Origin: Clostridiales bacterium
GTDB lineage: Bacteria; Bacillota; Clostridia; Lachnospirales; Lachnospiraceae
Direction: 5' to 3'
Assembly (NCBI GenBank): GCA_021205085.1
Contig: JAJPYF010000003.1
Coordinates: 1 to 57,125, forward strand
Length of the DNA stretch: 57,125 nt
The position numbers and the translations under genes are program-made. The notes beneath the pieces are model-generated. The model had not been told where the DNA came from. It worked only from the letters and a program-made list of their open reading frames with translations, and searched no databases. How positions within the stretch are numbered: the stretch's first letter is position 1; every line of letters starts with the position of its first letter. This document shows positions 1 through 10,400 of the stretch, one piece after another.

Positions 1-215
1 TAAATCTCCCGCCAGTACTCATCCGGAAAACCCGCCTATTTCAAGGGAATCACAACGCTCAGGTTCGAAGGCGAAGCAAAAGGATCCCCCTGCACATGGT
101 CGATCGAGAGCACAAAATCCCCGAAGTCATACTGCCCGCGGAGGGACTTGTATGCCGGGTAGCCGCGGCGGTTGATTTGTTCCAGTTCGTGTCTTAAATC
201 CAATTGTGACTTCAT
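1..215 (-). pseudogene. N-terminus of an ABC-class ATPase-domain protein (COG3044/ABC_ATPase-like), in-frame TAG at 36-38; runs off the window edge
   Basis: Hand translation from ATG at 215: MKSQLDLRHELEQINRRGYPAYKSLRGQYDFGDFVLSIDHVQGDPFASPSNLSVVIPLK*AGFPDEYWREI. GYPAYK and DHVQGDPFASPS are typical of this family, and the protein-like sequence continues past the stop. Not in the ORF track. Confidence 0.75.
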
Positions 216-256
216 AATATTATTTCCCCTGTAAATGTCTCATTTTAACGGATAAA

Positions 257-285
257 AGCATAGCACAATCCGAGCGGGGATTCAA
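257..285 (-). promoter_or_regulatory. sigma70/sigmaA-type promoter for the ATPase-like gene
   Basis: Minus strand reads TTGAAT-17 bp-TATGCT with an extended -10 TG, about 40 bp upstream of ATG 215. Confidence 0.55.
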
Positions 286-308
286 CGGAAAAAATGTTGC
301 AGCGGAAG

Positions 309-337
309 TTGCCAAAGGCAGAAAAGTATGCTAGTAT
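309..337 (+). promoter_or_regulatory. sigma70/sigmaA-type promoter, divergent, for the Rpn-like gene
   Basis: TTGCCA-17 bp-TAGTAT with a TGn extension. Confidence 0.5.
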
Positions 338-508
338 CTAACCACAAAAGCATATTTTTCTTTATTTCTTCTGTATCTATGAAAATTCATGCTTTTCGAT
401 TCAATTTCACCAAGCAGGGGTTTTCATAATCAGAAGCGCAGGAAGTAGAGAGGAGTTCTGCCGCGAAGTGAATACCTTTGCAAGTCAGCAGACAAAAGGA
501 GGTATTTT

Positions 509-1492
509 ATGAGCGACAGACAAAGAAAACCGTTGAAGCCGGATACTGTCGTAAAAAATTACTGGAGCGGCAATGAAGAGTTCGCAGACCTGTTCAACGC
601 AGTTTTGTTTCAGGGAAAACCGGTGATTCACCCGGCAGAGCTTACAAGTACAGACACGGACAGCTCCACTGTCAGAGAGCATGGCGGCAGCCAGGGCACC
701 CTGCAATCCGTCGAGGGATCACGGGACAACATAAAAATCCACAAGAGGGCTGCCTCTCACGGGGTGGAACTGGTGCTGCTCGGTCTGGAAAACCAGGAAC
801 GCATCCACTACGCGATGCCAATCCGGGTAATGGGTTATGACCATAGTGTTTACCAGAAGCAGTATAACGAAAATGCAAAAAAGTTTCGTGCTTCATTAAA
901 ATCAAAAGGGGAGTGCATCAGCGAGGATGAGTTCCTGTCCGGGATGCGGCGGTCAGACCGGTTTGTTCCTGTTGTGACAGTCGTTATATATTACGAGGAG
1001 AAATCATGGGTCCGCGCATAATCCGTGCATGAAATCCTGAATATTACGCATACAATGAGACCGTATATAAACGATTACCGGATGATTTTGGTGGAAGCAA
1101 GGGAGAACACCCTGAAGTTCCATAATAAAAACAACGAGGATTTCTTCCATCTGCTGAGAATCATTCTTGACACCGGATTGTCGGAAAAAGATGCCAGAGA
1201 ACAGGCCATCCGTTATTGCGAAGAGCATAAAACAGACCGGGATGTCATTATCGCGGCCGCGGGAGCGACAAACACAAAACTGGATTATAATGCACTGACT
1301 AAAAAGGAGGGGAACACCATGTGTACACTGTTTGAAAAGATTGCAGAAGAGGGAGAAGAACGTGGCGAAAGACGTACAACGATTACAAACATCCAAAACC
1401 TAATGGAAACCATGCATCTCACAGCAGACCAGGCAATGGAAGCATTGAGGATTTCACCAACAGAACAACAGGAGTATCGCAATATTCTTTAA
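509..1492 (+). pseudogene. Rpn-family (recombination-promoting nuclease/putative transposase-like) protein interrupted by in-frame TAA at 1019-1021
   Basis: ORFs 509..1021 and 1025..1492 share one frame. Motifs: FADLFNAVLF, LLGLENQERIHYAMPIRVMGYD, PVVTVVIYY, MCTLFEKIAEEGEERG and MHLTADQAMEAL. WVRA*SVHEIL aligns with the usual WDGAxSLHEML-type motif. Strong RBS AAAGGAGG. Read-through gives 327 codons. Confidence 0.75.
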
Positions 1493-1505
1493 TAAAAAAT
1501 ATACG

Positions 1506-1543
1506 GAGAAACTCACGGCGGAGCCAAGGCCCCGCCGGTTCTC
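1506..1543. terminator. possible bidirectional terminator hairpin between convergent genes
   Basis: CGGCGG (1516-1521) pairs with CCGCCG (1532-1537), with outer GAGAA/TTCTC. A T-rich run follows on the minus strand. Confidence 0.35.
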
Positions 1544-1548
1544 GCTCT

Positions 1549-2430
1549 CTACATCTTCCCCCCAATCATTTTCGGTTCTTCTTCCAGAATGCTGGTGACC
1601 TCGCGCTCCACCAGCTTCTCCACATCTCCGCGGACTTTCTTCCATGTTCTCCGGTACAACCGGCGCAGACAGATCGGTGTGCATTTCTCTACCGGCACCT
1701 GCGCGACATGCGAAAGTGCGCGTATCTCATGATTTAAGTTGCTGCGGTTGACCGGATTTCCGCTCCGTGTGACAAAAATCATCCCCGTAGAAATATTTTT
1801 GCGCGCCGCATAGTCGAGCAGTTCTTCACGAAGGCAATCCGGCAGACAAGTCTGCCACCCTGCCGCCATGGAATTTTCCTCCCGTACCGCCTCCACCGTG
1901 ACATCGGGAAGTTCCTCCAACATGATTCCCGTATTGGCCAACAGCTTAACGACAAAATATGTACGCTCGCGTCCCTGGGAGCGGGCAGCAGACAAGATCC
2001 GCATATACTCGTCACGCGTCAGCTCCGGTTGCTCCTTACGCGGCTCCTCCGCCAGACGATTTCCCTGATATTCCCTGTGCCCGCAAAAATCCAGAAACCC
2101 GTTCACCGCCGTTGTGAATCCGTTCACCGTCCCGGCGCTCAGCCCGTCAGCCAGCAAGTCTCTTTGCATATCGGACACCGAGCCGCGGCGGATGATCCGA
2201 TCCTCCGGAAGGCTTCTCATAAACCAGCGCAGGCGGCTCTGGTAGGCGCTTACCGTTTCATTTGCCAGTCCTTTTCCGCGAAGCCAGATAATGTAGTTGT
2301 CGATCTGCTTCTGCTGGAGAACCATGCCATCCTGAACCTTGTCGGTGGTATACACCATCGGATCCTCCGCTTCCTGTAGCAGCGCTGCGCCATTTTGAAA
2401 TTGTTCTGTTGTGCGTGCCATCGTTTTCAT
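1549..2430 (-). CDS. tyrosine recombinase/integrase-like protein, catalytically degenerate
   Basis: N-terminal SAM-like part (YIIWLRGKGLANETVSAY...LSAGTVNGFTTAVNGFLDF) plus catalytic-domain remnants. TGIMLEEL replaces TGxRxxEL, TPICLRRLY replaces PHxLRH, and no LGH...Y segment is present. Confidence 0.8.
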   Translation of the reverse strand: MKTMARTTEQFQNGAALLQEAEDPMVYTTDKVQDGMVLQQKQIDNYIIWLRGKGLANETVSAYQSRLRWFMRSLPEDRIIRRGSVSDMQRDLLADGLSAGTVNGFTTAVNGFLDFCGHREYQGNRLAEEPRKEQPELTRDEYMRILSAARSQGRERTYFVVKLLANTGIMLEELPDVTVEAVREENSMAAGWQTCLPDCLREELLDYAARKNISTGMIFVTRSGNPVNRSNLNHEIRALSHVAQVPVEKCTPICLRRLYRRTWKKVRGDVEKLVEREVTSILEEEPKMIGGKM

Positions 2431-2498
2431 CCTTCTCTCTTTTTAATTCGTTTCTTGCTATTGTCTGGATCAGACATTCCTGTGTCCGTTGCTTTTCT

Positions 2499-5400
2499 CT
2501 ACTCGACCACTTCAAAGTTGTAGGGATAAATTATGAAGCTGCGTGTTATACTCTTCGAAGTTCCGGCAGTTACAGTAGTGGTACTTGTTGACAATGCCGT
2601 GTGTGCAGCTCCCGATGCCTGTCGATATTTCCACTGTGTCACTTTGTATGTCACTCCGTCCACCTCAAATGTTACATTCTCCGGGAATGTGTAGGTTATA
2701 TATCCGGTCTTTGGTGAGCTGCTTGAAGTCCCGCTTCCAATAGTCAACGTACTGAGTTCCACTCCGGTCGCAGATGCCTTTGTGATCCTCTCCGTCGGCA
2801 GAGCCGCTGCCAGCGCATCGTAGAAATCGTCAGACTCATCCTGATAATCCGATGCCATGTAAGTTGTATTCACCTTATAATAACCATTTACCACGATATT
2901 CGTAGCATACGATGTCACCGGTGCATAATAAGTTACTGCGATTGTTGTTGAAAGCTTAATTGTACACACCAGCTGATCACAGTACATTGCTATAGTATTC
3001 GTACTCATAAATGTTGCAGATCCGGACGTATTTGTACACTGAACATCCGTCGTCGTTTTCGATGTACTGTTATCTGTAAAGACCACCTCCGTGATATCCT
3101 TTGCGTCAGTTGCCGTAGACAGAACCGCCTTATCAAAATCTCCTCCGCCTGTCAGCGTAAGCGTCACCCTCGACGGAGTGTAGGTGAGGTTGTCATCACT
3201 ATCCTTTCCGACCTCATCCATCACATATGCCGTTGTTTTAGTCGATGTACTGCTCATATAGTTGTGCGTAAGCAGCAGATTATCCAGTTCCTCATCCGTT
3301 GAGTATCCAATGCGGAACAATGTATTCGCGTCCGGACTTAAGCTGTCCACAGCCACAGTCATGTCATCCCATGCCACGGTCACCCGCTCCAGAGTATTAG
3401 ACTGTACCACCACAGGCCCCGCGTTCTGATCCTGCACTTCTACCGATGTCGTAGAGCTGTCTATATCGTCCGTCATCTCCCAGAACAGTCCGTTGGAATA
3501 GGTTGTTGAGAGACCGGAATATGTGACTCCGAATGTTCTTTCATCTACGGTAAACATTGCGCTGGGTTCATATCGATCATATTTACCTGAAGTACCGCTG
3601 GAAACACGGAAGTTCAATGTAAAGCTCCATATCCCGTCATCGCTGTACTCTCCGCTTGCCACCATTGCCGGACGCACAATCTCCTGTGAACCGCTGTAAA
3701 AGTTCAATGTCGTGCCACTGGAAAAATTGTATACCCACGGCAGTTCCATATCAAATTCAGCCGGATAAGTGCTAATGCTAGTGCTGGTTGTATTCTGTGT
3801 GTTACGTCCATACACCAGCTTCGTGTCCGTCACATAACTCTCCGGAATCGGATCTCCTTCGTAATCCGTCAGCGTCATGGTAGAGCCTTCCACGATATGA
3901 TCCGTCATAAACTCCCCGGTGAAGCTCGTCTCTGTCCCGCCATACGCCAGATCGACATAGATCGTGCTCACGACCTTCGTGCTCACTTCCTCCGTTGTCA
4001 CATCTGCCATATTCCATGTGCAATATTCACCATCTGCGCTGCTGTACTCCGTCCCGTCCGCATCGATGAAGTCCGTCAATGTCAGGCTCGTCAGCGACCA
4101 GTAGCCATCCTGTGTCGCGCCGTCCTCATCGGTCGGCAACTCAAATACATAAGTAGAGACACTCTGTCCATCCGGCGAGATGTCGCTGTTCGTAAGCGTA
4201 CCGGTAATTCCATCATAGGTCTCCCCGGTGTCCTCATCCTCAACCGTTGCGGTCACGGAAAGCTCCGTCGCATTGGTCAGGTCAACGGAGAGGTATGCCT
4301 TGCTGGTCAGGATTACCTGTGACTCCGCACTGCTGTCCGCATAGTATTCCGTCACGGCCTGTGAGTACGCCAGCGCCGTGATCGTCGGCGCATTGCTGAT
4401 GTTCGTCACCGCAGTTCCCGCAGCGGTCAGGCTTGTCAGCGTATAGACACCGCCGCCATACACCTGGAACTGACCGGTATACCGGCCGATCCCGCTGTCA
4501 TAAGTCAAATCTGCATCCAAGTCAAATATCGTATCCGACTCGTATTTGATCACAAGCGTGTCAGAGCCGACATCCTCCGCCGTCAGCGCATTCCCGGCAT
4601 CATCGGTCAGCGCCACATTCACATCCAGTGTGACCACTCCGGACTCCGGCAGCATGAAGTATGTCGCGGTCTCACCTTCCTCCAGCTCCGCCTCCGTGGA
4701 AATCCAGATCCGTGCGGTCAGGCCGAGTGTCACATTCAGCGTATAGGCAATGTCATCGGGAAGTCCGTATGCTTCCCCGTCGATATAAACATAAGCCAGC
4801 GTGTAGGTTCCGCTGCTGCTAAACCGGAAGGTTCCCGTCCATGTGGCACTCGACCGGTCAGAGGATACCAGACTCATGTCCGCGCTGGCCCGTGTTCCAT
4901 CCTCAGAGAGGAACACACCCTGCACGGTTTCCACATCATCCAGCGCATCCAGAACGGTGCTGTAGAGCGTAACGCTCACATCCGCTGTGGTAGAATTTCC
5001 CGTGTCAAATATATTTGCACCGGAAACATAATCATCCCCGCTCACACTGCTCACGGAATACCCGCTCATCGTCACTGTGACCCGATCGGTATCATCGCCG
5101 CTCAGCTGGCTGATGGTATACTCCTTTCCGTCCAATGTCAGCGCCGTGAATACATAGGTTCCGGGCAGGGTAAGGGTAGTACTTGCCGTCCAGATCCCGT
5201 TTCCGTTCGCGTCGGTTCCCGTTTTGGTAAACGTAAGCGTCTCCTCCCGCTCACCCTGCGCGCTGCTCACCTGCCGCAGGAAATATCCGGTAACGGAGGT
5301 TGGCTCCTCATCGGCGGAAACGACGGCTGTCACGGTGACAGTCTGTGCCTCACCCGTGTAGTTCAGCTCACTCTGGTCTACCGTCACGGTTGCGGAAACA

Positions 5401-7449
5401 CTCTTGGAAGCGAGCGCCTCATTGACCACCGCTTCCAGAGAGGCGGTCGTTCCAAACTGAAGATTCAGCTGCCCCACAATGTCACTCGCCGCGCTGGCCT
5501 GCTCATTTGTCAATTGGGTGCCATCCAGATAAACGATGGCTGTGATCCGCTGCGCCTCATTCTGCGTAAGCTTTGTGATGTAGCAGACCATTTCATCATA
5601 TCCATCGTCATCTGTCTGCAAAATATAGTCGGATCCGCTGTTTCTCACCGTGATCGGCACCACACAGCGTCCGGAATCCTCCCATATATTTTCCGTATCC
5701 ATATCGGCATAGGCGAGCACCGATCCGTTCTCATCCACAAAGGCAATCGTCATCGCCTCCAGCAGCTCCTGTGTCTGGAGCGTCGTGAGCGCGTCGTCTG
5801 TAGAGAAAACAAAACAGCTTCCCATACCCTGTGTGCTGGCCTCGCCGTTTGTCGTCAGGTTGTAGTCGTCCCAGACGCGGTCGTCACCGACATAGCCGAC
5901 CACCTCGCCGTTCTCCGTGACGACATCGCCCTCCAGTGTCAGATAGCTCTCGCCCTCGGCGTTGGTGCGCACCCAGAGATCGACTGCAAAAGCGTAAGTC
6001 TCTCTGGCCGTGGCATCCGTCCCGGCAAACATCGCTCCGTAAATCGCATCGCTGTAGTCATCCCATGCCGTCACGCCCTCCGCACTCGTACTCACGTCCA
6101 CTTTGGGGGGTAAGAGAATAACTGCCGGCAGTAACCGGAAGTTCCACATCCGTCGCCATCAGGGCACTCTGAATCCGTTCCTCTATGCGGTAGAGGCAGC
6201 CGCCATTGATGGAAACCGCCAGATCATTGTAATTTTTGATCACATAGCCCATCAGCTGACTGTCATCAATCGTCATCCCATTTACCGTGGCAGTGGAAAC
6301 ATCCGCCACAAAATCAAGAATTTCACTCAGGTCACTGTAGTACACCTTCGTCCCGTTATCGCGGTACGCCGCATAGTAACCGTATAGCTCATCCACATAC
6401 GCGGCCAGCTTCGTCCGATCCTCTCCGTATCCAGCGAGATCTGTGATCGAGATCCCCGCTGCAGTCAATGTCGCCTCATCTGCTGCCAGAAGACTGTCCA
6501 CTGTCCAGTCGTCATAGCTGCTGTTCGCACTCGTCTTCGCCTGCTGAAGCTGCGCGATCTTTACATAGGCCTCGCCCAGCTCCTCATAGGCTTCCTGCAG
6601 CTCCGCCGCCATCTGATAGACTTCCTCGATATACTCCGAGCAGTCTCCGTCACCGGCGCTCGCCCCCAGGAACGAAGCGGCATACTGCGAGACATAGGGA
6701 CCCATCACGCCCGCAAGCGCGGAGATGTATTCCTCATTGTTGACGAGAGAATTGTAATCCTGATCCGCCATTGCCAGCTGCGAATAAGCTGCGCTCTTTA
6801 ACGCGGCGAACTTTTCGTTCGCGTCCGCGCTCTCATAGTTCACATAAGAAATCGCGCGCACGCCGTAGAAAGCGCTGTCCTCAGATCCATTTCCGGAATC
6901 AACCTCCGGAATGACAAATTTCTGTTCGGTGTCCGGATCATAGGCCGTATAGGCAAAACTGTCTGTGTAGGCAGTAATTCTTCCGTCTGTTCCATAAGTA
7001 ACCGCCTGAAGCGGGTTTGTGAGAAGACTGTACAGATTCAGGACGGAGGGGCGCAGGGTAATCTCGCTTAACCCATAGGAGGCATCCGAGAGATTCACCA
7101 AATTTCCCCATGTCAGGTTCGCCTTTGTCACCTCCTGCGCAGCGGAGGAATCTCCCACCGCCGACGTGTCCGGCTCCAGACCATCCAGATCGGAGAGCGC
7201 GATCTCCAGCGACCCGTTCGCGGTGAGCGTCGTCTCCACCCCGCTCACTTCCGGGTTCGTCGAGAGCGTCACCCATGCATAGGTGGAGCCCACCAGAAGG
7301 ACAGCCGAGATGACCGTCATCCAGAGAACCGCCATGACCTTCGCCTTTGCCTTCGGAAGCAAAGCCTCCAGACGGCGGATGGCCCGCTGCGTCTCGGTCT
7401 GCGCTTTCGCATCTCCTTTTCTCCTTTTGAATTCTTTTTCTCCTGACAT
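2499..7449 (-). pseudogene. giant SipW-type-signal surface subunit, paralog 5 (subfamily B), split by a +1 frameshift in a homopolymer at 6105-6110
   Basis: ORF 6058..7449 carries the paralog N-terminus (STYAWVTLSTNPEV...WGNLVNLSD...YGTDGR). ORF 2499..6149 carries the rest (AVDLWVRTNAEG...VYLDG...LNLQFG, GTY Ig-like repeats). Removing one C from the C6 run gives ...SYSLTPKVDVSTS... and one 1649-aa protein. Confidence 0.85.
7265..7403. repeat. 139-bp near-identical direct repeat, copy 1 (other copy 12250..12388)
   Basis: Manual alignment shows 4 mismatches in 139 bp, covering the leader/signal-peptide coding region of paralogs 4 and 5. Confidence 0.9.
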
Positions 7450-7487
7450 GTCTGTCTCCCCCCCCCTTGAGATTTTATACCTGGCTA

Positions 7488-10400
7488 TTAATACGCATTA
7501 TCAATCGTCAGCTTATTCCCTGTGTTGACCTTGTAAGTCGCGCCGTTGTACTGGATATAAAGACTGTCGATGACCAACGGCTGGTAGTTAGTGATCACGG
7601 TCTGATAAATAATGTTTTCATCAGAAGGATCCGTGGTTGTCCCCAGCTCTCCGTCTATGCAGGTCACATAATACGTCGTCTCCTCTGTCGTCACGCTGTA
7701 GTCTATGACCGGCACTTTATCCTTATCATAGGTTCCGAGAATCGTGCGGGCTGCCCCATAAGTACTGATCCATTTAGCTGTATTGCTTTCATCTCCGGTC
7801 ACCCGCCCGAGAGCCATTCCGCCCACATCCTTGCTGTTATATGTCCCATAATCGATATGGCCTTCGGCATTGATCGCCGATGTATAAGCGAAATTCCGGG
7901 TTGCATAGTTCCCCGTACCGCTTCCGTACAGGATATTTCCATCGGCAATCGTTCCGTCATCGGCCACAACACCATCCTCCGCCGTGACCCAGACCGCCGG
8001 GGTCTCCTCGTCCGAGAGATAAATGTTCTGCGCATACATTCCCACCGCGCCGGTCGGCCTCTGCCATCCACTCTTTATTGCGTACATCAGACGGCTTGTA
8101 CTGCTATACCAACCCTGCTTTTCAGTTCCATTCACGATAGCATAACGCGCCGTCCATGTAATATTGTCGGAATAACCGTCATTGTCATCATCTTCCCCCA
8201 TTGCCAGACCACCGCTTCCGGTCACAGTGGAATAATTAAAGCTTTTCGCTTTATCGATAGCATCCACTGTTGCTGTCAGTTCCGATATCAGCGTTTTACT
8301 AATATTGTATGATCCGGTTGTTTTAAAAGCGATCAGATCGGTTATCAGTGTCCCGTCCGCCTGCCCGAACACCGGCAGCGTGCCTTCCTTATACTCCAGC
8401 GAGGCAAGCTTTGCCGTATACTCTGTCCCATCCACGGAATAGGCAAGCTCCGAATGATACTCACCCCAGAGGTTAAATCCAACGTCACCCGTTCCGAATG
8501 TCCACGTTGCGCCATCCCCTGAACTCTCCGCTGTCAATGTCTGAGACACCGGCGCCGTCTCCTCATCGTTATATACAATGCTATACCCGTAAGCTTCCGT
8601 GTTGTCCTCGTCCAGCGTATAGGTAAGCCCGTTAACCGTAAGTCCGTCGATAGCATCTCCCTCAAAATCTACGAGAACAACCGACACGTTGTCCGAAGCA
8701 TATGTGGCCACCGCATAGAAGCTGTCGCTCGCGTCTGCGCTCTCAGCAGCCGCTACCGTGGTGGCGGCATAGCTTTCGGTCAGTTGAATATCTTCCGCAT
8801 AGGTCGTGACCATCACATCTCCGTCATTCTGCTCCGCCTTCACGGTGTTTGATCCGGCAGCGGCTGCGTTTGTCTCCGTGATGTATACGGTCGTGACAAT
8901 CTTCACTGTAATATTTTCTCCGGTTACATCCAGCTGACTGCTCATATCTGCGTCAACCGTCCCGTCCGTCACGGCATAGAGCTGCAGCGCGGTCAACTGG
9001 AAATTGCCCTCCAGCGCATCCCCATTCTCATCCGTAACATCAAAGGTCCACGCCGTCGCCCCGCTGGCATCCGTAGCTCCCATCACGCCATCCAGCGTAT
9101 AGTAGGTATCCGTCGTCACATCATCCAGATCCTTGACGACCGCCTTGATGGCCCATCCCTCGGAAGAATTCAGCAGAGAGACCGCAAAGCTTCCTGTACC
9201 GCCGATCACGGTCTGCGTTCCGCTGCTCTCATCCATCTCCGTCAGGTTCGCCGCATACTCCGGCACCGACTCAATGTAGTAATGCACGACCAGTGACGGT
9301 GCAGATGTACTCGATGTGACAGACTCCGAGCCGATCATCAGGCTGCTGAAGCTGTAGGTACCGTCACTGTTGACCTCAAACTGGCCGGTGTAGGTCTTCG
9401 AGCTGCTGTTCCATGTAAGCGCTGTCTCCAGGTAACCCGCCGTGCTTCCGGCTCTTCCATAGCGGAGCTTCAGCTCGCTGCCTTCCGCCAGACCGTTGGT
9501 CCCGGCTATATTCGCCAGCGTGTTTCCGGCATTGTCCGAGATCGTGGCAGACACATTTACCGTGTAGGTCTCGCCATCCTCATAGACGATGCTGGTATTT
9601 CCTTCCTCAAAACTCGCGCTGCTCAGCCGCACGGACGCCCGAAGCCCCATGCATGTCGTCAGCGTTTTCTGCATGGACGACGGCACATCATACAGGTCGT
9701 TTCCGATGTAGAAATATTTCAGTGTATAGGTGCCGGAGGATGTGATCGATGCACTCCCCGTCCATGTAAGCTTATCATCCGATCCGGAGAGCACCGCATA
9801 TGTATATTTCCCGCTGTCCGAGACAAACACGGCGCGAACTTCCTGATCTCCCTCATAAGCCGTGTCAAAGGTAAGTGTCACCGGGACACTGATCTGGCTG
9901 TCCGCCGTAAACACGGTATAGTCCGACGAGGCGTAATCCCAGTTCGCTGTGGTCAGCCCGATTCCGTTCACCGTCACGGTGACCGGATCCTCCAGCTCAT
10001 ACTCCACGCCATCCAGCGACACATGTGTCAGCACATAGGTTCCCGCCGACGGGAAGGTGTAGGTCATCGTCCACTCTGTATCACTTGAATTACTCTTTTC
10101 AAAGGCAATCTCTCCCTGCCTCAGCGCCTGGCTGCCCTCGTTGATCTGGCGGCCATAGGCGGCGGTCACATTCGAATAGGTCTCAGAGCTGTTTACGGTC
10201 AGCGTGACCGTCGTCGTCATATCGTCACTGTTGTCTCCCCATGTATGCTCCGTCACATCCGCCTGGGCCGTCACGGAAACCGATTCATTATACAAATCCC
10301 CGTCCTCTGCCCCGGCAGTCGTCAGATTTGCGGTGCTGGCAAACTGCAGATTCAGCAAACCGGTAAAATCTGCCGCTGAGGATGCCTCCGCATTCGTGAC

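Noticed and set aside
1-1492. Stop-codon reassignment explaining the in-frame stops
   Set aside because: The two stops are different codons (TAG, TAA), and TAA, TAG and TGA all terminate genes normally elsewhere in the window.
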